IMG/VR virus record: IMGVR_UViG_3300032323_001205
Span: 26,919 to 90,918 of that record
From: a virus
Lineage: Duplodnaviria > Heunggongvirae > Uroviricota > Caudoviricetes
Strand: one strand, 5' to 3'
DNA length: 64,000 bases
The notes beneath the pieces were generated by a model. The model saw only the letters and a program-made list of their open reading frames with translations. It ran no database searches and was not told the DNA's origin. The position numbers and the translations under genes were made by a program. This document shows positions 55,203 to 64,000 of this stretch, piece after piece; within the stretch, counting starts at the first letter, position 1; each line of letters starts with the position of its first letter.

Positions 55203-57046
55203 GAGCCAATGAATTCGTTACTGAAGTATTTCAACCAGGTAAAACAAACTGGAAGTGGTCTCGCCTAGGCGCTACCATAGCCTCTGCATATTTTAAAGTA
55301 GGTGATAGAGAATATCTTTGGCAAGCATTTACAGGTAGTAATCGTAAGAAGTGGGAAATACAATTTCGTTTAGTAAGAAATCCTGAAGTAGATCCAGATA
55401 ATTTAGACTTGTACGGTAAAACTGGTACGGGCAATTCAGCACAAGTACTAAGCACTGCTGTTGATATCACCCGCGCATTCATCAAAGAATATGGTATTGA
55501 TAGAGTAGAAGAAATTACATTTAACGCAAAAGAAGATAGTCGTATTGGATTGTACGCTAAAATGATTCAACGATTGTTACCTAATTGGGATTTATATCAG
55601 AAATATACTAAAGACAACGGTATGGAATATCATTTAACCGATCGCAGAGCATATGATAAACCTGAAAATAAACTAAGTGAGGAAGCCAAAGCTAGTAAAT
55701 ACAAAGGCTTGGTTATGAAGTATGCTTTCAATCAAAGTGCATTGATACTCAAAGCATTTGAACAAGGTAATCCTATAGCGTATGTTAAGTTTGTCAAAGA
55801 AAACAAAGAACTATACCCTCAGGACCTTTGGGTGAATGATGACTATCGCAATAGAGGTATCGCTAAAGCAATGTACGATTATCTAAAGGGTGAAGGCTAC
55901 ATTATTAACAGAAGCCATGACCAAACTAAAGCTGGTTCAGGCTTCTGGGATAAGCATCGTGGTGAAGATGAGTATGTTTGGGAAGAACAGAAGATTACAC
56001 TTTCAGGTAATCAACCTGCTAAAGCATGGATTGAGAAAGTCTATACTAAGTATCCACATACCATGCAGAACAATCATGTTATGGTTTGGGGTGAAGGCGA
56101 CGAACAACAGTTTGCAGTGTTTGAACTAACTCCAAGTTTCAGTAAGCGTGGTGCTGTAGAAGTTAAATGGTTCCAAGCATATCCATTGCGTCAAGGTGTC
56201 GGCAGTCGTGCTATGAAAGAACTTCAAGCATTGGCTAAAGAAGATGGCATTACACTTACATTGTTCCCGTGGGATAAAGGACAAGTTAGTCAAAGTAAAC
56301 TAACTAAGTTTTATAAGGGGCAAGGGTTCAAACCAACACAAAAGGGTGCTAAGACTATGTTCTGGGATCCTAGTGTGAATGAAGAAATTATTGACGAGAT
56401 GCCTCTACCTGCTGACTGGGATCCTCAACAGATGCGTCAGCAAAGCACTTCATTCAAGTCAAGACTTGCTTATGCTTTAGAAAGAGCAAAGAAGTTGGGC
56501 ACTGGATCTAGTCGTGTCGCTACTACAATTGAATATCAAGGCCGCCCTACAGTATTGAAAATTGCTAAAAATGCTAAAGGTCTAGCACAGAACAGTGTTG
56601 AGGCAGACATACTAAGTGACGGTTACGCTAGTCAAATGGGAATACTAATTCCTATTATTGACTATGATACACAGAATCGTGAACCTAGTTGGGTACATAC
56701 TGAGTTAGCACAGAAAGCAAACGAAAAGCAATTGTGTAGTTTAATGAAGTGCCAGTCACTTAATGATTTAATTAGAGCGGCACAAGCCCAACTCAATGAA
56801 TATGGTACTAGGTCTAGAACTATACTAAATGACATTATTGACAAGAACGAACATTTTGGTGTTAGTGAGCAGGATGCAGATACATTCTTAGAATATGTTA
56901 ACAGACTTGCAGAATTAAAAAGTTCATTTGACGTAGAATTGGCCGATTTTCATAGACCAGCCAATTGGGGATTATATCAAGGCAAACCAGTCATCATTGA
57001 TGTTGGATTTAATAGCAATGTATTAAATCAGTACTATAGTCGTTAA
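55199..57046 (+). CDS. Predicted internal protein with two GNAT-like acetyltransferase motifs (N-terminus MRANEFVTE)
   Basis: 615 aa. DDYRNRGIAKAMYDYL and LRQGVGSRAMKEL both match GNAT motif A. Confidence 0.5.
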   Translation: MRANEFVTEVFQPGKTNWKWSRLGATIASAYFKVGDREYLWQAFTGSNRKKWEIQFRLVRNPEVDPDNLDLYGKTGTGNSAQVLSTAVDITRAFIKEYGIDRVEEITFNAKEDSRIGLYAKMIQRLLPNWDLYQKYTKDNGMEYHLTDRRAYDKPENKLSEEAKASKYKGLVMKYAFNQSALILKAFEQGNPIAYVKFVKENKELYPQDLWVNDDYRNRGIAKAMYDYLKGEGYIINRSHDQTKAGSGFWDKHRGEDEYVWEEQKITLSGNQPAKAWIEKVYTKYPHTMQNNHVMVWGEGDEQQFAVFELTPSFSKRGAVEVKWFQAYPLRQGVGSRAMKELQALAKEDGITLTLFPWDKGQVSQSKLTKFYKGQGFKPTQKGAKTMFWDPSVNEEIIDEMPLPADWDPQQMRQQSTSFKSRLAYALERAKKLGTGSSRVATTIEYQGRPTVLKIAKNAKGLAQNSVEADILSDGYASQMGILIPIIDYDTQNREPSWVHTELAQKANEKQLCSLMKCQSLNDLIRAAQAQLNEYGTRSRTILNDIIDKNEHFGVSEQDADTFLEYVNRLAELKSSFDVELADFHRPANWGLYQGKPVIIDVGFNSNVLNQYYSR

Positions 57047-57879
57047 ACTTTCAGTAAATCTTCTATTGTATATAGATTACGCATATAAGGTGACACATCT
57101 TCTAATACACTGCTAGCAAGGTCACCCTTTCTTCTTGGACCGTATTTTACTTCAAAGTCAGTATCATTGACTTGCTGAAATAAACTTATAATCTCGTTAA
57201 CTGTATACCCTACACCATGTCCTAATGATTCAATACTATTACTTGGCTTCTCGATAGCTTGCATTAATGCATCACATATTTCATTTACATGCACATAATC
57301 ACGCACACATGTACCGTCAGGTGATACATCATAGTCATCACCGAATACAGTGAACTCACCTGTCTCACGTGCTTTCATTAAATTGTACATTAATCCATCG
57401 GGGTTAGTGGGAGCTACGACGGTGCTTCCAATAACGTTATAAAATCTAAAGATTGTATATGGTGTTTCTCGATGGTTTGTACAAAATTCTTTTACTACAT
57501 CTTCTGCTGCACGTTTACTAATACCATATGCACTTTCACAATCTTGTGCAGCTCCTGTACTAGCAAAGATAAAGTTTTTAGTTTTAATCTTGTTTATAAC
57601 ATTCATTGTGCCATTCAAATTAGTTATGTAATAACTGATTGGTTTTTGTTCGCTTTCACCTACACGAACTAATGCAGCTAGATGAATTACAGCATCAAAT
57701 TCAATGTCACCAGGAACTAAGAATGGTTTTCTAATATCACATCTATAGAATTCGTTTAACGGTACATGTGGATCGACCATATCTAGTCCATGAACCTCGT
57801 ATTGTTCACCTAGCATTTCACATAGGTGTGATCCTATGTACCCTGAGCTACCTGTAATTAATATTTTTTTCTTTACCAT
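57043..57879 (-). CDS. NAD-dependent epimerase/dehydratase (SDR, short form)
   Basis: 278 aa. N-terminal Rossmann ILITGSSGYIGSHL, plus a YxxxK-like region. Confidence 0.7.
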   Translation of the reverse strand: MVKKKILITGSSGYIGSHLCEMLGEQYEVHGLDMVDPHVPLNEFYRCDIRKPFLVPGDIEFDAVIHLAALVRVGESEQKPISYYITNLNGTMNVINKIKTKNFIFASTGAAQDCESAYGISKRAAEDVVKEFCTNHRETPYTIFRFYNVIGSTVVAPTNPDGLMYNLMKARETGEFTVFGDDYDVSPDGTCVRDYVHVNEICDALMQAIEKPSNSIESLGHGVGYTVNEIISLFQQVNDTDFEVKYGPRRKGDLASSVLEDVSPYMRNLYTIEDLLKV

Positions 57880-59201
57880 GAGAATAAACTTTCTTCTTGA
57901 TCTTTGGGTTCATATGAAGGATCCTTTGTCAAATAAGTATCTTCATCAGTATAAATGACCCTAAATTTATGTTTGTTTGTTAGTACACTACGAATGTCAT
58001 CAATACAGATAATCTTTCTACCCAATGCAGTAATATAATCCCTTAGCTTTACTGTAGTTTCGTTGCAAATCTTTGCTGTGTTACTGTTTGAATTTCTAGG
58101 TACAAAGTTTTGGAAGCAATCATTCCATTTATGAAACACTTGCTTTTCCATAAAATTAAAATGTTTCAATGCTCCCAAGTTGTAATAAGTTTCTGCTTTT
58201 TCAAAACTATCATACAATTCTTTTGCTCGTTCAGCCATAGTTTTCTTGTTGCAAGTATAGAAGAAATCTTCATTGAAGTTCTTTGTCCAGCGTTGATTCT
58301 CTAATACAAGTGTTGGTAATTGAATATGTTGCTCGTAGAATGCCATACCATATGATTCTACTACACTAGGGTTGAATGCGATTCTACTAGACTTAATAAA
58401 GTCTACTTTCTCTTGTCCAACTATACTAGCACGAACATCATATTTGACACTTAGTTTGGATAGTCTATCTTCAAACTTCTTAACACCGTTGGGACTAGTC
58501 ATTACTTTAGCAGGTAGACCTGTCTGCTCAATCAAGTTAATAAACAATTCAGGATTTTTACCTTCTTCCCAACGACCAACAAACAATACACCTTCACGGT
58601 CACCGTTGTATTCAGTTAACAACTCTTGTTCAGTGATAGGAATAGGTAAGTGATATGAAGATTCATCTAAGTGTAGTTGATTGAATTTACTTTGCGTTCC
58701 TATATCAATGTTCGTTGTGCTTAATTGTTGACGCATCATCACATTGGTATTGAACAAGAAGGGATTCTTAGTGTCTTTGAATATCTGACTTTCTAAATGA
58801 GTATAGGCAATGATTTGAATTACATCTTCTAATCCCATTGTACTAGCTACTTGCACTGTTTCATACGTGTTGCAAACGAATGCATCATATAGGTTGTGTT
58901 CTAGTGCTTCTACAATAGCATTACGGAAGTTAGCCATACGCTCATAGCAGAATGTATCGCCATACATAAAGATATTTGAATGATCGGTATACTTGAGTGG
59001 TTCAAGTGGTGCAATTACATTTGCTTTTAATGACTTGACAAACTCGGTGTCTTGTGGTTCTTTATCAGTAATAATATCAACTTTGATATTGTGACTATCC
59101 ATTAACTCACAGAAGCTTTTAGCAAATTGCCCTATACCACCGTGTGGTATTAATGTTTGATAGCTTACCAAAAAGCCAATTCGTTTATCGTATACTCTCA
59201 T
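57873..59201 (-). CDS. Glycosyltransferase family 4 (GT-B)
   Basis: 442 aa. N-terminal HGGIGQF glycine loop and a C-terminal EX7E motif (VVESYGMAFYEQ). Confidence 0.55.
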   Translation of the reverse strand: MRVYDKRIGFLVSYQTLIPHGGIGQFAKSFCELMDSHNIKVDIITDKEPQDTEFVKSLKANVIAPLEPLKYTDHSNIFMYGDTFCYERMANFRNAIVEALEHNLYDAFVCNTYETVQVASTMGLEDVIQIIAYTHLESQIFKDTKNPFLFNTNVMMRQQLSTTNIDIGTQSKFNQLHLDESSYHLPIPITEQELLTEYNGDREGVLFVGRWEEGKNPELFINLIEQTGLPAKVMTSPNGVKKFEDRLSKLSVKYDVRASIVGQEKVDFIKSSRIAFNPSVVESYGMAFYEQHIQLPTLVLENQRWTKNFNEDFFYTCNKKTMAERAKELYDSFEKAETYYNLGALKHFNFMEKQVFHKWNDCFQNFVPRNSNSNTAKICNETTVKLRDYITALGRKIICIDDIRSVLTNKHKFRVIYTDEDTYLTKDPSYEPKDQEESLFSW

Positions 59202-59440
59202 GTGATATCAAAGTGAGTTTTTAATGTCTCTATACTTTTTTCAATAGTGCATTCCACAATTTTTTCTTGAAATGTAGTAAACGCACAGTGCTTGGGTGTA
59301 TTTTTTACTACCTCAATTACTTCTATCAATAACAGGTCTGCAAACTTTTGCAATAAATCACCGCCTACTTCAGGGTAATGACTGCCTCCTGCTTGAAGTG
59401 CAATTTCTTTAATCTTTTCCTTCATCTTTTCAAACTCCAT
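59198..59440 (-). CDS. Hypothetical protein
   Basis: 80 aa. Confidence 0.4.
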   Translation of the reverse strand: MEFEKMKEKIKEIALQAGGSHYPEVGGDLLQKFADLLLIEVIEVVKNTPKHCAFTTFQEKIVECTIEKSIETLKTHFDIT

Positions 59441-59664
59441 ATAATATGGGCATTCTTATCGTGCCATCTATGTTCAAATATTGTATCACCGGGACCAGTG
59501 ATTAGTCTAGTCAAGCGGTATCCATACTTTAACCAAATTCTTTTTCCTGATATATAACAAGTCTCAGGGAGCCAAGCAAATTTAAGTTCTGCTCCCAGAG
59601 ACCATCTATAAAATGAATCTTGTACTTGTGTCTGTGGCATCAGAACAAATCTACCTTTTCCCAT
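59422..59664 (-). CDS. Hypothetical protein
   Basis: 80 aa. Overlaps the metK 3' end by 25 nt. Confidence 0.35.
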   Translation of the reverse strand: MGKGRFVLMPQTQVQDSFYRWSLGAELKFAWLPETCYISGKRIWLKYGYRLTRLITGPGDTIFEHRWHDKNAHIIWSLKR

Positions 59665-60740
59665 GGCATGCCAGTCTTACCAAAATGACCATAATTAGTA
59701 GTTGCACTATAAATAGGTCTAAACAAATCAAATCTATCAATGATACCTTTGGGTGTCAAGTCAACATTGTTCTGAATCCATTTAGTTAACTCACGACTTT
59801 GTGGTCTGTGATCGGTTTCAACATAAAAACTCATTGGTTGTTCTAATCCAATAGCATAGCTAATCTGTACAGTGGCCCAATCTGCCCTACCACTTGCCAC
59901 AATATTCTTAGCCAAGTAGCGTGTCATATAAGCTGCTGATCGATCTACTTTAGTAGGATCTTTTCCACTGAAAGCACCGCCACCATGAGGACTATAACCA
60001 CCGTAGGTGTCCACAATAATTTTTCTTCCAGTGAGCCCAGTGTCGCCATCAGGACCACCAATAACGAAACGCCCAGTAGGATTAATATAAAATTCAGTAT
60101 CATTGTCTATAAATTTTGTTGGTAGTATTCCTCGAATTACTTCTTCTACGGCTCTACGTAGTGTTTCAATATTAATATCTTCAGCGTGTTGAGTAGAGCA
60201 CACAACTTTGGCAATACGTTTGGGAAAATTATTGTCATTGTATTCAAATGTTACTTGGCTCTTTGCATCAGGACCTAGCCATTCTACCGTTTTTGATTTA
60301 CGAACTTTGGTCAATTCTTCTACAATTCGATGACTCCAGTAAATTGCACTTGGCATATGTACATCTGTTTCATTACATGCGTAACCAAACATCAACCCCT
60401 GATCACCTGCACCAAATGTATCTGTTCCTAATGCAATATCTACACTCTGATTGTGCAACAGATTAGTAATCTCCGCTGTTCTCCAATCAAAACCTTTTTG
60501 TTCATACCCGACATTCTTGATAACTCGGCGTACAGCACTCTCAACATCCTCATCGTGTAATACACCTTTGTATTCACCTGCTACGATAACACGGTTAGTG
60601 GTAACCAGTGTTTCACATGCGCAACGTAACGATGAATTTTGTTGCGCCATAACTAAGTCCAATACTGAATCACTAATAGCATCTGCTATTTTATCAGGAT
60701 GACCTTCTGAAACACTCTCGCTTGTAAATAAATAACTCAT
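59640..60740 (-). CDS. metK: S-adenosylmethionine synthetase
   Basis: 366 aa. Near-collinear with E. coli MetK: FTSESVSEGHPDKIAD, GAGDQGLMFGYA, INPTGRFVIGGP, GLTGRKIIVDTYGG, HGGGAFSGKDPTKVDRSAAY. Confidence 0.95.
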   Translation of the reverse strand: MSYLFTSESVSEGHPDKIADAISDSVLDLVMAQQNSSLRCACETLVTTNRVIVAGEYKGVLHDEDVESAVRRVIKNVGYEQKGFDWRTAEITNLLHNQSVDIALGTDTFGAGDQGLMFGYACNETDVHMPSAIYWSHRIVEELTKVRKSKTVEWLGPDAKSQVTFEYNDNNFPKRIAKVVCSTQHAEDINIETLRRAVEEVIRGILPTKFIDNDTEFYINPTGRFVIGGPDGDTGLTGRKIIVDTYGGYSPHGGGAFSGKDPTKVDRSAAYMTRYLAKNIVASGRADWATVQISYAIGLEQPMSFYVETDHRPQSRELTKWIQNNVDLTPKGIIDRFDLFRPIYSATTNYGHFGKTGMPWEKVDLF

Positions 60741-60755
60741 TAATTTCCTTTTAAA

Positions 60756-61604
60756 TTAGGTACCCCACTCATTTTTAAAGAGTGGTACTTGTAGCCTATC
60801 GCTATAACGATATCCACGTTTCATTGATGCCATTGCAACATTTCTAGCATTCATACTATAAACACTTTCAACGCCACCGCATGGCATTAAGTACACAGGA
60901 CCTCTAAAGCCACCGGCCCGATATTCTTTAACTGCTTGGTCTGCTTCTAATACATCTTCTTCTGTAGCAACAACAAACTTAAGATATGCAAAGCCAACAC
61001 TTTCATATTGACGAATAATATCTGGTCTAATTGCGTCTTCCCAATCTTCACCACTAATACTAAGTTTAGGACTTACACTAAAGGTTAATGCGTTCTTTTC
61101 TCGGTGCATTTTCCATTTAGATAGATAGTCTTTAAACTCCATATTCAATTCTTGTGTACCATTAGTTTCAAAAGTAATTTCTTTTAATGAACTCATTTTA
61201 GAGTTTGAAAGTAAATCAGGATACGCTCTTTGCCATCCAAGTAGAGGTTCACCACCTGTGATAACCAAGTGCTCATCTACCCAACGATTGTGAGGAAGTA
61301 TATCCATAATACTGTCAACAATAGAATCGGTGGTGATAACAGGACTAAGATGTTTGAAACGAGGGTCCCAAGATGCATAACTATCACAACCAGTGGAAAC
61401 TAGTGGTAGTTTCTTGTAATCATCATAGTAATGAACTCTTGCGGCAATGTCTTCTACTTCCTTGCTCAGTTGACCTTTAGGCATGCCGAAACCCGCACAT
61501 GTAAAGTTACAACCAAATGTTCTAAGAAAGACTGAGGGTACACCCATGTATCTACCCTCACCTTGAATACTGTAGAATAATTCTGAAATTTTAAGTTGAC
61601 TCAT
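60756..61604 (-). CDS. QueE-like radical SAM enzyme (7-carboxy-7-deazaguanine synthase family) with atypical Cys spacing
   Basis: 282 aa. QueE hallmark N-terminus ELFYSIQGEGRYMGVPSVFLRTFGCNFTC, GGEP box (ITGGEPLLGW). The third cluster Cys is displaced about 38 residues (STGCDSYASWD). Confidence 0.65.
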   Translation of the reverse strand: MSQLKISELFYSIQGEGRYMGVPSVFLRTFGCNFTCAGFGMPKGQLSKEVEDIAARVHYYDDYKKLPLVSTGCDSYASWDPRFKHLSPVITTDSIVDSIMDILPHNRWVDEHLVITGGEPLLGWQRAYPDLLSNSKMSSLKEITFETNGTQELNMEFKDYLSKWKMHREKNALTFSVSPKLSISGEDWEDAIRPDIIRQYESVGFAYLKFVVATEEDVLEADQAVKEYRAGGFRGPVYLMPCGGVESVYSMNARNVAMASMKRGYRYSDRLQVPLFKNEWGT

Positions 61605-62679
61605 AATTTTTTATACTGTGTAAATTTCCCAAGATAATTCTAGGGCTGTTAAAGATTGGATCTTGTAATAAATCCCGCAATTCTTTCTTTTCTGATTCCG
61701 ACATTTCAAAGCCTGTGTGAAATACAAAGTCAGACAAGTGACCCCATTGTACTACTAAATTAAAGTAAATACTAGTCAAATGGCTATACTCAAGTTGCCA
61801 TTTTGCAAAATCTACTATCTCTTTATAGTTGTTGCGCTGTACCGTGAAGTTGGTTTGGAACTGTTTTAAATTTTTAAATGACCCATTCTTTATGATTTCA
61901 TTTAGAGATTCTAAGTTCCTTTTCACTTTATCCAGTGATCCGTTTTTTCGTACAACTGAATAAGTATCGTTGGTTGCAGCATCAATACTGATATTGAGGT
62001 GACTGATGTTATCCCATATATGGGTTATATCATTCAATCGTGCATCTGTCATTAAGATACCGTTAGTTAATAATTTCAATGAAAGATTTTGATTAGGATC
62101 TAAATTCTTAATATAGTTCCAATATATAGGGCTAGCAAACGCATCTCCACTACCTGTTATATTCAAGACCAACTGTTCACCTTTGTCTAGTAAGTACTGG
62201 ACCAACTCTTTAACTTTATTATGTACTCTACTTAACTGCGTGTTCTCATTTAACCCATATAGAATTAATTCATTTCTACAACTGGGGCATTGTAAGTTAC
62301 ACGACTGGTCATAACTGAAGTTTATAACTATAGGCTGACGAATCTTTTCTTGCGGTAATAAGACTAAAGGAACTATATATCCGGGTATACGCTTTCCATT
62401 AAGTATAGTATTGATGAATGGGCAATGATCATTACATTCTGTAAATTTTCCATTGTCCATGTCATTTACTAATGCAACTCTATTAACGTTATGTAAGATT
62501 TCTTCGGGAGTATCGGATAATACGTTCCCGAAGAATTTAGGTAGCCATGAAAAGCAACAAATAGATATGTCACCCGAAGGATGTATCTCAAAATACGTTG
62601 ATATACGATAACATCCGTAGTTTTTTAACTTAGACTCAGGGTATATGTATTGATCCGCGGACTTTATCACATATTGCAT
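61591..62679 (-). CDS. Radical SAM enzyme with N-terminal Cys-rich extension
   Basis: 362 aa. CNLQCPSC (CxxxCxxC) at about residue 127. It is preceded by ICCFSW / ECNDHCPF Cys clusters. Confidence 0.6.
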   Translation of the reverse strand: MQYVIKSADQYIYPESKLKNYGCYRISTYFEIHPSGDISICCFSWLPKFFGNVLSDTPEEILHNVNRVALVNDMDNGKFTECNDHCPFINTILNGKRIPGYIVPLVLLPQEKIRQPIVINFSYDQSCNLQCPSCRNELILYGLNENTQLSRVHNKVKELVQYLLDKGEQLVLNITGSGDAFASPIYWNYIKNLDPNQNLSLKLLTNGILMTDARLNDITHIWDNISHLNISIDAATNDTYSVVRKNGSLDKVKRNLESLNEIIKNGSFKNLKQFQTNFTVQRNNYKEIVDFAKWQLEYSHLTSIYFNLVVQWGHLSDFVFHTGFEMSESEKKELRDLLQDPIFNSPRIILGNLHSIKNYEST

Positions 62680-62693
62680 TAGTATGTCCTAGA

Positions 62694-63863
62694 TCAAATC
62701 ATTTCTGAAAGTTGTTTTGCCGTGTATGGTGCTAATGTCCAGCCTAAATGACCGTGTCCTGTATTATAATATACTTTACTATTTTTGTCACTCTGTTTGG
62801 TAATAGGCATCATATTAGGAGTCATTGGTCTGAGACATGCCCAACTACTATAATCATGTGTATTAATATCAGGAAAGTTAGTGTGAACCCATTTTAAAAG
62901 AGGTTTAATTCTATCTGATACTATGTCATAGTTTTCACCATTTAATTCAGCGGTCCCTGCAACACGAAATCTATTGCCTAAAGTTGATGTGACTATCTTA
63001 GCTTGGTCGTCTAGTAAACTTACTTTAGGTAAGTATTTAGGGTCAACGTTATTAATCGTAATAGAATATCCCTTTACCGGGTAAATATTCAAACTATCAC
63101 CGACACCGTTAGCTAGTTTCTCAGAACCCACACCAGCTGAAATGATCACCGCATCATAAGTGTTAGATAGATAATCTATTAATGATACGTCACAATTGTA
63201 GCAAAAAACAACGTTGTATTTCTTTTTTAAAATTTCAGCCAGTTCATAACAGAATTTGTGAATATCACCCACCCAATCACCAGGAGTCCAAGCACCTCCC
63301 ACTATACCTTTTATACTGCCTAATGCAGGATCCATGCTGAGAGTCTTCGTCGGAGATAGCAAATCCCATTCACAACCATTGGCATTATACAGGCCTTTTA
63401 CTTCAACTGCATTTTGAAAATAATTATCATCTTTATAAAAGTGTAAGATACCAGAATCGCTTCTGTCAAATTTAATGTTTTCTTCTTGACATATTTCATC
63501 GTACAACTTACGAGATTCCACACCCATTTGAATAGTGTTCGCGGTATTTCTACCATAATCACCCATAAGAGTGTGATATAAAAACTTTGCCATCCACTTG
63601 AACAATTTATAATCTAAACGTGGTCGGATTAATAACGGGGCATCTTTAGTGAACATCCACTTAATACCCTTTTCAACATTACTCCAAGTAGTCCATACTT
63701 CACTGTTACTGACACTGATCTGACCGCCATTAGCAAAACTGGTTCTCATAGCAGGATAGCGTTCCTGCTCATAAACAGTTACTTGATAACCCTTTTTAGC
63801 AAGGTAATATGCTGTCGTAATGCCTGTAATGCCGGCGCCAATCACTGCTATGTTTTTATTCAT
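62694..63863 (-). CDS. FAD-dependent oxidoreductase (DAO/glycine-oxidase-like)
   Basis: 389 aa. N-terminal dinucleotide fold KNIAVIGAGITGITTAYYLAKKGYQVTVYEQE. The reading frame stays open upstream to the window end, so a longer start cannot be excluded. Confidence 0.7.
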   Translation of the reverse strand: MNKNIAVIGAGITGITTAYYLAKKGYQVTVYEQERYPAMRTSFANGGQISVSNSEVWTTWSNVEKGIKWMFTKDAPLLIRPRLDYKLFKWMAKFLYHTLMGDYGRNTANTIQMGVESRKLYDEICQEENIKFDRSDSGILHFYKDDNYFQNAVEVKGLYNANGCEWDLLSPTKTLSMDPALGSIKGIVGGAWTPGDWVGDIHKFCYELAEILKKKYNVVFCYNCDVSLIDYLSNTYDAVIISAGVGSEKLANGVGDSLNIYPVKGYSITINNVDPKYLPKVSLLDDQAKIVTSTLGNRFRVAGTAELNGENYDIVSDRIKPLLKWVHTNFPDINTHDYSSWACLRPMTPNMMPITKQSDKNSKVYYNTGHGHLGWTLAPYTAKQLSEMI

Positions 63864-64000
63864 TCATTCTCCATTTATTTTCTGGCAATCCATAGTCCCA
63901 TTTTGGATCCATCTCAACGTTCCATCTGGTAGTAGCAACGTGGAAGTCTGGTATCTTCATTTCTTTAGGATTGCTTGCTGGTTCTAAAATAACAATTCGG

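Overview
This AT-rich, gene-dense window is the early/accessory region of a T4-like (Tevenvirinae-type) myophage genome. The assignment rests on clear rIIA/rIIB homologues (GHKL-ATPase rIIA, 720 aa; adjacent rIIB), a T4 RNase H-type flap endonuclease, an ATP-dependent DNA ligase (KxDG motif), dCMP deaminase, HNH homing endonucleases and tail-fibre genes at the left edge. Most genes lie on the minus strand in tightly packed arrays, many joined by ATGA/TAATG overlaps. At least 13 copies of a near-perfect sigma70 consensus promoter (TTGACA-N17-TATAAT) sit in front of small early genes, often just after an intrinsic terminator. The window carries an unusual load of cellular-type genes: ClpP, ClpX, ClpS, Hsp20, ribosomal protein S21, IF-1, an IscA/ErpA-type Fe-S carrier, a PBP-type D-Ala-D-Ala endopeptidase, an SPFH protein, UvdE, MazG-like and NT5C-like enzymes. 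Three candidate systems stand out. First, a plus-strand operon (51347-57046) plus one outlier (23696) whose proteins all begin with a T4 capsid-targeting-sequence-like N-terminus (MRANEF[IV][NT]E, L/I-x-E cleavage context). These are predicted packaged and injected internal proteins, and include GNAT-like acetyltransferase domains, an Fe/Mn-SOD-like protein and a small very basic protein. Second, a right-edge cluster of MetK (SAM synthetase), a QueE-like radical SAM enzyme with atypical Cys spacing, a second radical SAM enzyme, an FAD-dependent oxidoreductase, a GT4 glycosyltransferase and an NAD-epimerase. Together with the phage IscA this looks like a self-sufficient radical-SAM modification pathway of unknown product. 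Third, a proteostasis/translation module of ClpP-ClpS-Hsp20-S21-ClpX plus IF-1. Two signal-peptide proteins rich in Asn/Ser/Thr with tandem repeats, and several sub-60-aa membrane micro-ORFs missed by the ORF track, are also described.
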